Below, one piece after another: positions 9,945 to 18,447 of a stretch of DNA of 64,000 bases. The notes under the pieces were generated by a model that was not told the DNA's origin, ran no database searches, and saw only the letters and a program-made list of their open reading frames with translations. This DNA comes from Abditibacterium sp. GTDB lineage: Bacteria; Armatimonadota; Abditibacteriia; Abditibacteriales; Abditibacteriaceae. Positions within the stretch are counted from its first letter, which is position 1. Each line of letters opens with the position of its first letter. Both the position numbers and the translations under genes were made by a program. Where the stretch lies: the NCBI GenBank assembly GCA_965199495.1, contig CBDASK010000003.1:2336001-2400000 (forward strand), written 5' to 3'.

Positions 9945-10703
9945 ATGAAACGCCTCGAACCCAAACATCCGCTCGCGATTCGCTGGTTTCACTGGATCAA
10001 CTTTCCGGTTTTGATGCTGATGATCTGGAGCGGTTTGCTCATCTACTGGGCCAACGATGCTTTTCGCGTCGGCATTGGCAACTGGACGCTGTTCCACTTT
10101 TTTCCGCAACCGTTTTACGACAAATTCAACATCCCGTTTCGACTGGCCGAAGGCATGGGATGGCACTTCACCTTCGCGTGGATTTTCGCGATTAATGGTT
10201 TGCTCTACGTGCTTTATCTGGCGTTTTCGGGCGAATGGCGCCAGTTAATTCCCGGTCGCAAAACGTTGGGCGAAGCGATTCAAGTCGTGTTGCACGATTT
10301 GCATATTCGCAAGCAGCCACTGCCGCGCCGCAAGTTCAACGGCGCGCAACGCATCGCTTATAGTGGCGTGATTGTGATGGGTTTGGGCATGGTTTTGACG
10401 GGACTGGCGATTTACAAACCTGTTCAACTCGCGCTAATTTCGGCGCCGCTTTCCGGTATCGGCGGCGCGACGGCTTACGAAGTCGCGCGCTTTCTGCACT
10501 TCTGGATTACGCTGGCGTTTTGCGGGTTTTTTCTGGTTCACGTCGCGCAAGTCGCGCGCGCTGGCTGGAACAATTTTCGCGCGATGGTGACGGGTTATGA
10601 AGTTGTAACTGTAACGCAAAATAATGATTCGCCGGTGCGCAGCGAAGATGAACCGGCGTCAACAATGAACGAAGCAACCCAAGCGGTGGGAGAAAAAGTA
10701 TGA
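9945..10703 (+). CDS. Di-heme cytochrome b membrane subunit (Ni/Fe-hydrogenase cytochrome b / thiosulfate reductase type)
   Basis: RWFHW, GWHF, KFNGAQR and RFLHF...LVHV His ligands. Overlaps the next gene (ATGA). Confidence 0.88.
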   Translation: MKRLEPKHPLAIRWFHWINFPVLMLMIWSGLLIYWANDAFRVGIGNWTLFHFFPQPFYDKFNIPFRLAEGMGWHFTFAWIFAINGLLYVLYLAFSGEWRQLIPGRKTLGEAIQVVLHDLHIRKQPLPRRKFNGAQRIAYSGVIVMGLGMVLTGLAIYKPVQLALISAPLSGIGGATAYEVARFLHFWITLAFCGFFLVHVAQVARAGWNNFRAMVTGYEVVTVTQNNDSPVRSEDEPASTMNEATQAVGEKV

Positions 10704-11551
10704 ACGAGAAAACCGAAATGGCCGAGGCGCCCGAAGAAATTGAGATCGAGCGCGCCAATCAAAAACTCATCGAAGCACGCGAACAACAGGCGTTCGTGCG
10801 CGGCGAAATGCCGCCCGAATTAGTCGAGGCGCGCATGAAGCAGATGTCGCGGCGCTCGTTTTTGTGGGGCGCTTTAGCCGTTGGCGCGACCGTGGGCGGC
10901 GTCAAGTGGATCGGCGCGCAACGCGCCGAAGACGGCGTGGCTTGGCCGTTGCGGCGCGGTTTGCAAACCAACGAAGAATTGTGGCGCAATTTCTTTCGCC
11001 CGTCGCAATTGGCGACGACTTATCCGGCCTCGCGCGCGCGCCCGATTCGCGTTAATGGAATGATTGGAATGGAAGATGAAATCGACCCAAAAACCTGGAA
11101 ATTGCGCGTTGAAGGTCTGGGCGATGACGCAGAGTTTTCGCTCGATCAACTCAAAAAATTGCCCAAAGTCGAGATGACGACCGAGCTGAAATGTATTGAA
11201 GGCTGGGCCACGGTTGTCAACTGGGGCGGCGTGCGGTTGGCCGATTTCATCCGTGCGCACTCGCCCAAAAGTAAAGATTTCGCGTTGCCGCAGTACGCCG
11301 CCCTCGCCACGCCCAACGGCGGCTATTATGTCGGACTCGAAATGGCGGCGGCGCTGCATCCGCAAACATTGCTCTGCTACGAAATGTATGGCAAACCGCT
11401 CACGAACGAACATGGCGCGCCGCTCCGATTGGTTTCGCCGCTCAAATACGGCATCAAAAACATCCGTCGCATTGGCCTGCTCAAATTCATGGATATGCGC
11501 CCCGACGATTACTGGGCCGAGCGCGGCTACGATTACTACGCGGGATTTTAA
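10700..11551 (+). CDS. MsrP/YedY-like molybdopterin oxidoreductase (sulfite oxidase family), Tat-exported
   Basis: SRRSFL Tat motif, CIEGW Moco Cys, HGAPLRL, KYGIKN and DYWAERGY. Confidence 0.88.
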   Translation: MNEKTEMAEAPEEIEIERANQKLIEAREQQAFVRGEMPPELVEARMKQMSRRSFLWGALAVGATVGGVKWIGAQRAEDGVAWPLRRGLQTNEELWRNFFRPSQLATTYPASRARPIRVNGMIGMEDEIDPKTWKLRVEGLGDDAEFSLDQLKKLPKVEMTTELKCIEGWATVVNWGGVRLADFIRAHSPKSKDFALPQYAALATPNGGYYVGLEMAAALHPQTLLCYEMYGKPLTNEHGAPLRLVSPLKYGIKNIRRIGLLKFMDMRPDDYWAERGYDYYAGF

Positions 11552-11554
11552 ATT

Positions 11555-12307
11555 ATGCCCCCTTCTTCGCTTCTCGCTCCTGCCGCACCGCGCCAAATTT
11601 TGGTGGTCGAGGATGACCGTGATTTGAGCCAACTGGTGCAGATGCACCTGCGCGACGCCGGTTACAGTTGCCAGATCAGCCACGACGGCGCCGCTGGTTT
11701 GACGCAAATGGAAACGCGCGATTACGATTTAATCGTGCTGGATTTGACTCTGCCGCGCACCGATGGCCTCGAAGTTTGCCGTCAGGTGCGCGCGCGCGAT
11801 CATTACACGCCGATTATCATGGTGACTTCGCGCGGCGACGAATTGGATCGCGTGCTGGGTCTGGAGTTGGGCGCCGACGATTATCTGGCCAAACCGTTTT
11901 CGATGCGCGAACTTTTGGCGCGCGTCAAAGCGGTTTTTCGGCGCGGCGAAGCGATGAATAAATCAGAAAACGCGCGCGATTCCGATTGTCCGGTGGCGAA
12001 AAACAGCGTTATTGAGAGCGGCCAGATGCGCATCGAACTCGACAAACGCGAAGTTATCATTGCCGGGCAAAGCGCGCAACTCACCGCCAAAGAATTCGAT
12101 TTGCTGCACTATTTCGCCTGTCATCCGGGCCGCGTTTACACGCGCTTGCAACTGCTCGATGCCGTTTGGGGTTTGGGTTATGAAGGCTACGAACATACGG
12201 TAAACAGTCACATCAATCGTCTGCGCGCCAAAATCGAACGCGACCCGACGCGTCCGCAATATTTGTTGACGGTTTGGGGCGTGGGATATAAATTCGCGGA
12301 GTTGTAG
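11555..12307 (+). CDS. OmpR-family response regulator
   Basis: REC domain (VVEDD, VLDL, KPF) plus winged helix (LTAKEFDLL, HINRLRAKIE, TVWGVGYKF). Confidence 0.95.
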   Translation: MPPSSLLAPAAPRQILVVEDDRDLSQLVQMHLRDAGYSCQISHDGAAGLTQMETRDYDLIVLDLTLPRTDGLEVCRQVRARDHYTPIIMVTSRGDELDRVLGLELGADDYLAKPFSMRELLARVKAVFRRGEAMNKSENARDSDCPVAKNSVIESGQMRIELDKREVIIAGQSAQLTAKEFDLLHYFACHPGRVYTRLQLLDAVWGLGYEGYEHTVNSHINRLRAKIERDPTRPQYLLTVWGVGYKFAEL

Positions 12308-12329
12308 GGAGTTTTGGGGTTTTTGTGTA

Positions 12330-12582
12330 TTGGGGTTTGTGGGGCGGAGATTTTCGCTCGACCGGCCTCCTCCCCAACCCTCCCCCGTGCCGGGAGAGGG
12401 AGCCACCTCTCGGTCGCCGCGACTTTATTGAACTGTCTTGAAAGTTTGAAGACGGCGCCCTTTTAAACGTTTAAAGAAAGCTCTATACCAATCGGCGGCT
12501 TCGACGTGGCTCCCTCTCCCGGCACGGAGGAGGGTTGGGGAGGGGGCCGGTCGAGCGAAAATCTCCGCCCCACAAACCCCAA
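12330..12582. repeat. Palindromic element, about 77-bp arms (family A) between regulator and kinase
   Basis: 12330-12406 pairs with 12506-12582 with few mismatches. The centre contains TTTATTGAACTGTCTT, similar to the terminus of the 1386 element. Confidence 0.92.
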
Positions 12583-12594
12583 CATCCGAAAACA

Positions 12595-14124
12595 ATGAAA
12601 TTTTTCCAAACACTCCACGGCAAACTTTCGGCGGCACTTTTGGCATTACTGATTTTGGTCGGAGTTCTTTTAATTCCGCTCACGCTGTTCGCGGTGCGCG
12701 GCTACACCGAAGAAGTCGCGCAGCAACTCAATCGTCCGCTCGCGGCGGATTTGGCGAAACATTTGGACACCAAAAATTTGTTGCGCGCCAATTTCGCGTC
12801 CGACCAAGCCTTGCAAGCCGCCGCCAAAAGCGAAATCAGCAAGTTGATGGTGCTCAATCCCGACATCGAAATTTATATTTTGGACACGCACGGCAAGGTG
12901 CTGGCCTATTCGGCTCACGTCGAGAAGTTGCCGATGAATCGCGTCGCCCTCAAGCCGTTACGCGAATTTTTCGCGGGCCAAACTCTGCCGATTCGCGGCG
13001 ACGACCCGCTGCATTTGGGCGGGCACAAAGTCTTCTCTGCCGCGCGCATCCCCGATGCGGATGGTAAACCTTCGGCGGACGATTTGAACGGTTTCGTTTA
13101 TATCGTTTTGGGCAGCGACGCCTATCAATCGGTCGCCGAACTGACGGGCCGTTCTTATGCGCTACGCGGGATTTTGTGGATTATGGCGGGCGCCCTCGCG
13201 CTCGTGTTTGGCGCGGGCGTGCTACTATTTCGCGTTTTGACGCGCCCGCTACGCCGCCTAAAAAACGAGATGTCGGCGTTTCAAACCCAATTTGCCGCGT
13301 CCCCGGCGGCCACAGCAGCCACGCCGCCCGCGCAGGGGGAAATCGAAGAGTTGCAACGCGGGTTCGGCGCGCTGGCGAATTGCATTTCGGCGCATGTGGC
13401 TGCACGCGAGCGCGCCGAGGTTTCGCGCCGCGAACGCATGGGCAATATCTCGCACGATCTGCGCACGCCGCTCGCCGCTTTGCAGGGCTATCTCGAAACG
13501 CTTCAGATGAAAGACGCCACGCTTTCGCCCGCGCAGCGCCAACAGTATCTGGCCACCGCGATGCGCCGCGCCGCGCGGCTCAACACGCTGATTAGCTCGC
13601 TTTTTGAACTCGCCAAACTCGATTCCAGCGAAGCCAAAGCGCAACTCGAACCGTTTTCGCTCGCCGAACTGGTGCAGGACGAAATGCAAGAGTTCGCCCG
13701 CGCCGCGCAAGCCAAAGGCGTGCGTTTGCACACGCGATTGCCCAAAGATTTGCCGATGGTGAACGGCGACATCGCGCTTATCGAACGCGCGTTGGAAAAC
13801 CTGTTGAGCAACGCGTTGCGCCATACGCCCCAAGGCGGCGAAGTTTCGGTTACGCTCTCGCCGTGCCACGAAAACGAGCGTCGTTGTGTTCAAGTCGAAG
13901 TGCGCGATAGCGGCGAAGGCATCGCCGCCGCCGATTTGCCGCGCATTTTCGACCGCAGTTTTCGCGCGGGCACCGAGGGCGAAGGCGCCGGTTTGGGGCT
14001 GGCGATTACCAAGCGCATTTTGGAATTGCACGGCGAAACGATTGAAGTCCGCAGCGAACCCAATCAGGGCGCGACTTTTTGGTTTCGGTTGTGGGCGCCC
14101 GTAGAAGTCAAGAAAATAGGATGA
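12595..14124 (+). CDS. Sensor histidine kinase (2 TM, HAMP, HisKA, HATPase)
   Basis: SHDLRTPL, ENLLSNALRH, DSGEGI and GAGLGLAI. Confidence 0.95.
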   Translation: MKFFQTLHGKLSAALLALLILVGVLLIPLTLFAVRGYTEEVAQQLNRPLAADLAKHLDTKNLLRANFASDQALQAAAKSEISKLMVLNPDIEIYILDTHGKVLAYSAHVEKLPMNRVALKPLREFFAGQTLPIRGDDPLHLGGHKVFSAARIPDADGKPSADDLNGFVYIVLGSDAYQSVAELTGRSYALRGILWIMAGALALVFGAGVLLFRVLTRPLRRLKNEMSAFQTQFAASPAATAATPPAQGEIEELQRGFGALANCISAHVAARERAEVSRRERMGNISHDLRTPLAALQGYLETLQMKDATLSPAQRQQYLATAMRRAARLNTLISSLFELAKLDSSEAKAQLEPFSLAELVQDEMQEFARAAQAKGVRLHTRLPKDLPMVNGDIALIERALENLLSNALRHTPQGGEVSVTLSPCHENERRCVQVEVRDSGEGIAAADLPRIFDRSFRAGTEGEGAGLGLAITKRILELHGETIEVRSEPNQGATFWFRLWAPVEVKKIG

Positions 14125-14128
14125 ATCT

Positions 14129-14160
14129 GTGAAATTCGCGTGAGAATTATGCGTTAATCT
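14129..14160 (+). promoter_or_regulatory. Putative OmpR-family box promoter GTGA-N7-GTGA-N11-TAATCT
   Basis: GTGA AATTCGC GTGA GAATTATGCGT TAATCT. Confidence 0.65.
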
Positions 14161-14206
14161 TCTTTTTATCCGCCCTAAAAAAGCGGAATTTCCAAGGAGA
14201 TTTCCC

Positions 14207-15394
14207 ATGAATTTACCGTCCCTTTTTCGCAACACTTTACCCGCCGCAGGTTTACTCGCTCTGACAGCCACGGCGCACGCCCAACCCGATCCGCTGCACA
14301 ATCCCGCCGAAGTCGGGCCGCCCTCGCCCGCCGTCGGCGCCAAAATTTCCGAAGGCTATTTCGGGCCGATGCCGTCCGAAAACAAGAAGGAATTGATCGG
14401 CCCTTACCTTTTGCTCAAGGCGGGCAAAGTTTCGGACGATGGCAAAAGCGTTCAATTGCAACTTTACAAAGGCAAGCTCGAAGATGGCCGCACCGTTTGG
14501 TATGTTTTGACCGACACCACCGACGAGAAAAACGCCGAAGCGTTGGGCCTGAATTTCTCGGCCAAACTCAACTACGCCGATGTCGGTCGCGCCTGCCGCA
14601 CCGCGCGCTTGGAAAAAGACGGGACTTTGACGTTTTCCAAAGGCGCGGTCAACTTCGCGCCGCAACGCAAGCTGGTGCCGGGCACTTTGCCGGGCGCGTT
14701 TCCGCCCAAATCGGCGCAGCCCGGCTCGGTCGGCGACGCCGATTATACGCCCTTCGTCAAAATCACCAACGCCGGTGGCCACATCTATAACGCGCCCACC
14801 ATCGCCTTTGGCGTCGAGGCCAATCAGATCAGTTACGCCAATGGCAACCCCGATTACAGCCGCGTCCACGATAAAGTTTTGAAACTCGATCCGATTAATA
14901 TGACGGTCACGCTCAAGCTCACGGTTGGTTACTCGTTCGCGCGCCCGGTTTCGTATTTGTCGTTCGAGTCCAACGATCCGGTCGCGGCGACTTTGGAAGA
15001 AGCGACGCTGGCGCCCGCTTTAAACGATATTCAAGTCGGCCATGACGACGGCGCTTTTAGCGCGGTCGAGCGATTATTCACCTTTACCAATGGGCCGCAG
15101 GGCCAAGGCAATCCGCAACGCCAAGGGTTGAGTAGCGCCATCGCCGATGGCGGCGGCCCGATCAATATCTTTGGCGGCGTCCCCACGATTGCGGGCGATT
15201 ACTCGCCGATCTGGGATTTGCAAATCGGCGAGTGGACAACAGACGCCGTCGCTAAAGGCTACCGTTCGCGCTTGATTGACGAATTCACCATTTTGCGTTT
15301 CGCCAAAGACGGCTTTCTCACCGGGCCGATGGGCAAACCTTACGGCTCGTCGGGCACCATCGTGACTTGCCCGGTCGTGATGCGCTCGTTGTAA
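14207..15394 (+). CDS. Secreted protein of unknown function
   Basis: AAGGAG RBS, signal peptide ending AHA-Q, and an internal repeat motif (DADYTPF / GDYSPIW). Confidence 0.8.
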   Translation: MNLPSLFRNTLPAAGLLALTATAHAQPDPLHNPAEVGPPSPAVGAKISEGYFGPMPSENKKELIGPYLLLKAGKVSDDGKSVQLQLYKGKLEDGRTVWYVLTDTTDEKNAEALGLNFSAKLNYADVGRACRTARLEKDGTLTFSKGAVNFAPQRKLVPGTLPGAFPPKSAQPGSVGDADYTPFVKITNAGGHIYNAPTIAFGVEANQISYANGNPDYSRVHDKVLKLDPINMTVTLKLTVGYSFARPVSYLSFESNDPVAATLEEATLAPALNDIQVGHDDGAFSAVERLFTFTNGPQGQGNPQRQGLSSAIADGGGPINIFGGVPTIAGDYSPIWDLQIGEWTTDAVAKGYRSRLIDEFTILRFAKDGFLTGPMGKPYGSSGTIVTCPVVMRSL

Positions 15395-15432
15395 ATTCCC
15401 AGCTTGGAGCGTGACTTAAAAAACGAGAACTC

Positions 15433-15464
15433 GTGACTCTTTAGTGAGATTTAGGTTTTAAAAT
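15433..15464 (+). promoter_or_regulatory. Putative OmpR-family box promoter GTGA-N7-GTGA-N11-TAAAAT
   Basis: GTGA CTCTTTA GTGA GATTTAGGTTT TAAAAT. Confidence 0.65.
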
Positions 15465-15585
15465 TCAATTCAGTTATCGTTGGTTGAACTTCAAAGTTCA
15501 ACCAACGGTGCGCTTCAATGCTTGGAAAAGCTCTCGCGGCGAGATGCGCCGCCAACTGGATTCAAGAATCCAAAGGAAAACACCC

Positions 15586-15966
15586 ATGAACAAACAATTG
15601 CTCAACCGACTCGCTCTCGTCGCCCTCGTCGCCCTCGTCGGCGTCACCGCCTTGCCCGTCATCGCTCAGGACAAAATGGACGGCAAGATGATGGACAACG
15701 GCAAAATGATGGACGGTAAAATGTCCGACGGCAAGATGATGGACGACAAGATGATGATGTCGAACATGGACAAAATGAAGATGTCCAAGTCCCAGAAGAT
15801 GATGATGAAAAAGGACATGATGGGCATGTCCATGATGCAAAAGAACGGCATGATGACCCACATGATGATGGGCAAAATGGCTTCGGGCCAAGAAATGCGC
15901 CGCATCGCTTGGTATAAAAAAACCTACGGCGGCAATTGGCGCGGCCACTATATGCCCGGTGTTTAA
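15586..15966 (+). CDS. Secreted methionine-rich protein (MXKDX pentapeptide-like / MrpX-like)
   Basis: AAGGA RBS, signal peptide, then KMDGKMMDNGKMMDGKMSDGKMMDDKMMM repeats. Confidence 0.85.
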   Translation: MNKQLLNRLALVALVALVGVTALPVIAQDKMDGKMMDNGKMMDGKMSDGKMMDDKMMMSNMDKMKMSKSQKMMMKKDMMGMSMMQKNGMMTHMMMGKMASGQEMRRIAWYKKTYGGNWRGHYMPGV

Positions 15967-15977
15967 GCCGCGCACTT

Positions 15978-16011
15978 CGCCCCGCCTGAACTCCAGACGG
16001 GGCGTTGTTTT
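15978..16011 (+). terminator. Intrinsic terminator
   Basis: CGCCCCGCCTG / CAGACGGGGCG stem followed by TTGTTTT. Confidence 0.6.
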
Positions 16012-16136
16012 GGGTGAGGACAATCTCAAAGAACAGACAAATGATGCGTTTGCCCGGCTTTCAACTTGCTTTTGTCCCGACGCAAGAGCGCGCAACTCGG
16101 TAAAAGTCAAATGGCGCGTGCTAACACCCTGATTCG

Positions 16137-16931
16137 ATGTTTGATCTCGTTGGCCGTCACTGGCGCCATTACCTCGCCGAAGCCGCCGGACTCGCATTTT
16201 TCATGTTAGGCGCCAGCATTATTACCACGCAACTGCGCTACCGCGAAGCGTGGCTTCACGGAATCATCACCACTCCGTTCGCGCAATTGGCGACGCTTGG
16301 TTTGCTGATGAGCTTTGTCGTGGCGGCGATTATTTACACGCCCTGGGGCAACAAATCGGGCGCGCATATCAACCCCGCCGTGACAATCGCGATGTGGCGA
16401 TTGGGCAAAATTGATACGCACGACGCACTGTTTTACATGGGGTCGCAGTTCGTCGGAGCAATAGGAGCAGTGCAAATCGCCGGACTATTGCTTGGACGTG
16501 GCTACACCAAAGCGGGCACGAATTACGTTGTAACGCAACCCGGCCCGGCAGGAGTTGCGGCGGCGTTTATCGCCGAATGGATCATCAGTTTTGTGCTGAT
16601 GATGACGTTAATGTGGGCGCTCAACAATGCGAAACGCGAGAAATTCGCTGGTTTAATGATCGCGATTTTGCTTGGCTTTTATTTGGTCGTCGAAGAACCG
16701 TTTTCGGGCATGAGTTTGAATCCGGCGCGCTCATTTGCCTCGGCATTTGCGGCGCGCGAGTGGAAAGATTTATGGATTTATTTCGTCGCGCCGATAACAG
16801 CCACGTTGACCGCCGCCGAATTATTCCGATTGATAACGGGCGGCGCACACGATTTGGCCGCGCATCCGCAAGATAACGAGCAGCAAAATCGTAATAACAC
16901 GCCAACAGAAGAGTTGGCCCAAAAGGTGTGA
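16137..16931 (+). CDS. MIP-family channel (aquaporin-like)
   Basis: SGAHINPAVT and GMSLNPARS NPA boxes, about six TM segments. Confidence 0.93.
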   Translation: MFDLVGRHWRHYLAEAAGLAFFMLGASIITTQLRYREAWLHGIITTPFAQLATLGLLMSFVVAAIIYTPWGNKSGAHINPAVTIAMWRLGKIDTHDALFYMGSQFVGAIGAVQIAGLLLGRGYTKAGTNYVVTQPGPAGVAAAFIAEWIISFVLMMTLMWALNNAKREKFAGLMIAILLGFYLVVEEPFSGMSLNPARSFASAFAAREWKDLWIYFVAPITATLTAAELFRLITGGAHDLAAHPQDNEQQNRNNTPTEELAQKV

Positions 16932-16970
16932 CAGTTTTGGTTTAATTCCTGCTAACAGTAATTCAACAAA

Positions 16971-18326
16971 ATGGCTAAATCCAAAAGTTTTCTCGATATT
17001 ATCCAAAAGCACGGCGCCGATGAATATGGCGGCGACCAGTTCGGCGGCGCTGGCGGCACCGACGGTTCGGGTTTGCCCGACGGCTACAAAGGCAATTTTC
17101 TGTTTGCGACCGGAATCGAGTGTTCCTATCCGACGATTGTAGCCAAAAATGGCGTGACGATTCGTCGCGATTTATTAGAAGAATGCGGGCATTATAAAAA
17201 TTATAAAACCGACTTTCAACTAACGGTTGATTTGGGTCTCAATGTATTGCGTTATGGCTTGCCTTACTATTCGATTCAAACCGGCGCTGATACTTATAAT
17301 TGGGAATTCGCCGATGCTGCGATGGCCGAAATGCGGCGCCTAAATATCACGCCTATTTTAGATTTGATGCACTTCGGCGTGCCGGATTTCATCGGCGATT
17401 ATCAAAATCCCGACTTGCCGATTCACTTCGCTAATTACTGCGAAGCCGTCGCCAAGCGTTATCCTTGGGTCAGATTTTACACGCCGGTCAACGAAATTTT
17501 CGTGACCGCCAAATTTAGCGCAATGGACGGCGTGTGGAACGAGCGCCAGAAATCGGACAAAGCGTTTGTGACGGCGCTCAAACATTGTGTGGCCGCCTCG
17601 ATTCTGGGCAATCACGCTATCGCGCGCCAACGGCCCGATTGCGTCATCGTGCAATCGGAAAGCGCCGAATACATTCACGAAGCCTCAGCCACGCCGTCGC
17701 CCGAAGTGACGCGGCTCAACAAATTGCGCTTTCTGTCTCTCGATTTGCTTTACGCCAATCCGCCCGATTCCGATGTTTGCCTGTTTATGATGGACAACGG
17801 TTTATCGCGCGACGAATATAACTGGTTTATGAAGGGCGAGCCGCCGGGTTATCAAATCATGGGCAACGATTATTATGGGCGCAACGAAAAAATCATTTTG
17901 CCCGATGGTTCGGAATTTACCGGGCAAGATGTTTTCGGTTGGTATTTGATTACCAAAGAATATTTCGAGCGTTATAAAAAACCCGTGATGCACACCGAAA
18001 CCAATACATTGGAAGATAAAAACGATGCCACTTGCAAGTGGTTATGGAAACAGTGGATGAACGTTTTGCGAATGCGCAAAGACGGCGTTCCCGTTTTAGG
18101 TTTTACGTGGTATTCGCTAATAGATCAGGTGGATTGGGACAAAGGTTTGGAGGAGAAAACCGGAACAATTAATCCCTGCGGTCTCTACGACATGAACCGC
18201 CAGCCACGCGCCGTGGCTGGTGCTTACCGGCAATTGTTGGAAGCGTTCGGGCAAATCACGATTGTGCCACACGGCGAGGTTTTCGAGATTACCGACCGCG
18301 AAGCGCGCTTGAAAGTCGAGGTTTGA
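16971..18326 (+). CDS. Glycoside hydrolase family 1-like (beta-glucosidase-like)
   Basis: FLFATGIECS, TPVNE acid/base, HTETN nucleophile and GFTWYSLIDQVDW. Confidence 0.85.
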   Translation: MAKSKSFLDIIQKHGADEYGGDQFGGAGGTDGSGLPDGYKGNFLFATGIECSYPTIVAKNGVTIRRDLLEECGHYKNYKTDFQLTVDLGLNVLRYGLPYYSIQTGADTYNWEFADAAMAEMRRLNITPILDLMHFGVPDFIGDYQNPDLPIHFANYCEAVAKRYPWVRFYTPVNEIFVTAKFSAMDGVWNERQKSDKAFVTALKHCVAASILGNHAIARQRPDCVIVQSESAEYIHEASATPSPEVTRLNKLRFLSLDLLYANPPDSDVCLFMMDNGLSRDEYNWFMKGEPPGYQIMGNDYYGRNEKIILPDGSEFTGQDVFGWYLITKEYFERYKKPVMHTETNTLEDKNDATCKWLWKQWMNVLRMRKDGVPVLGFTWYSLIDQVDWDKGLEEKTGTINPCGLYDMNRQPRAVAGAYRQLLEAFGQITIVPHGEVFEITDREARLKVEV

Positions 18327-18346
18327 AAGTTCTTGATGTGAAATTC

Positions 18347-18441
18347 GTAGAGACGCCGATTTATCGCGTCTAAAAACGTTGGAATTGCCATAAGATTGAA
18401 GCAAATCTGATGTTTTAGACACGACAAGTCGGTGTCTCTAC
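18347..18441. repeat. GTAG-type REP doublet, copy 2, 95 bp
   Basis: GTAGAGACGCCGATTTATCGCGTCTAAAA ... TTTTAGACACGACAAGTCGGTGTCTCTAC. Confidence 0.93.
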
Positions 18442-18447
18442 GAATCG

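Noticed and set aside
15562..16197. His-rich 211-aa minus-strand ORF
   Set aside because: The CAT codons are simply the antisense of the ATG-rich Met-rich gene.
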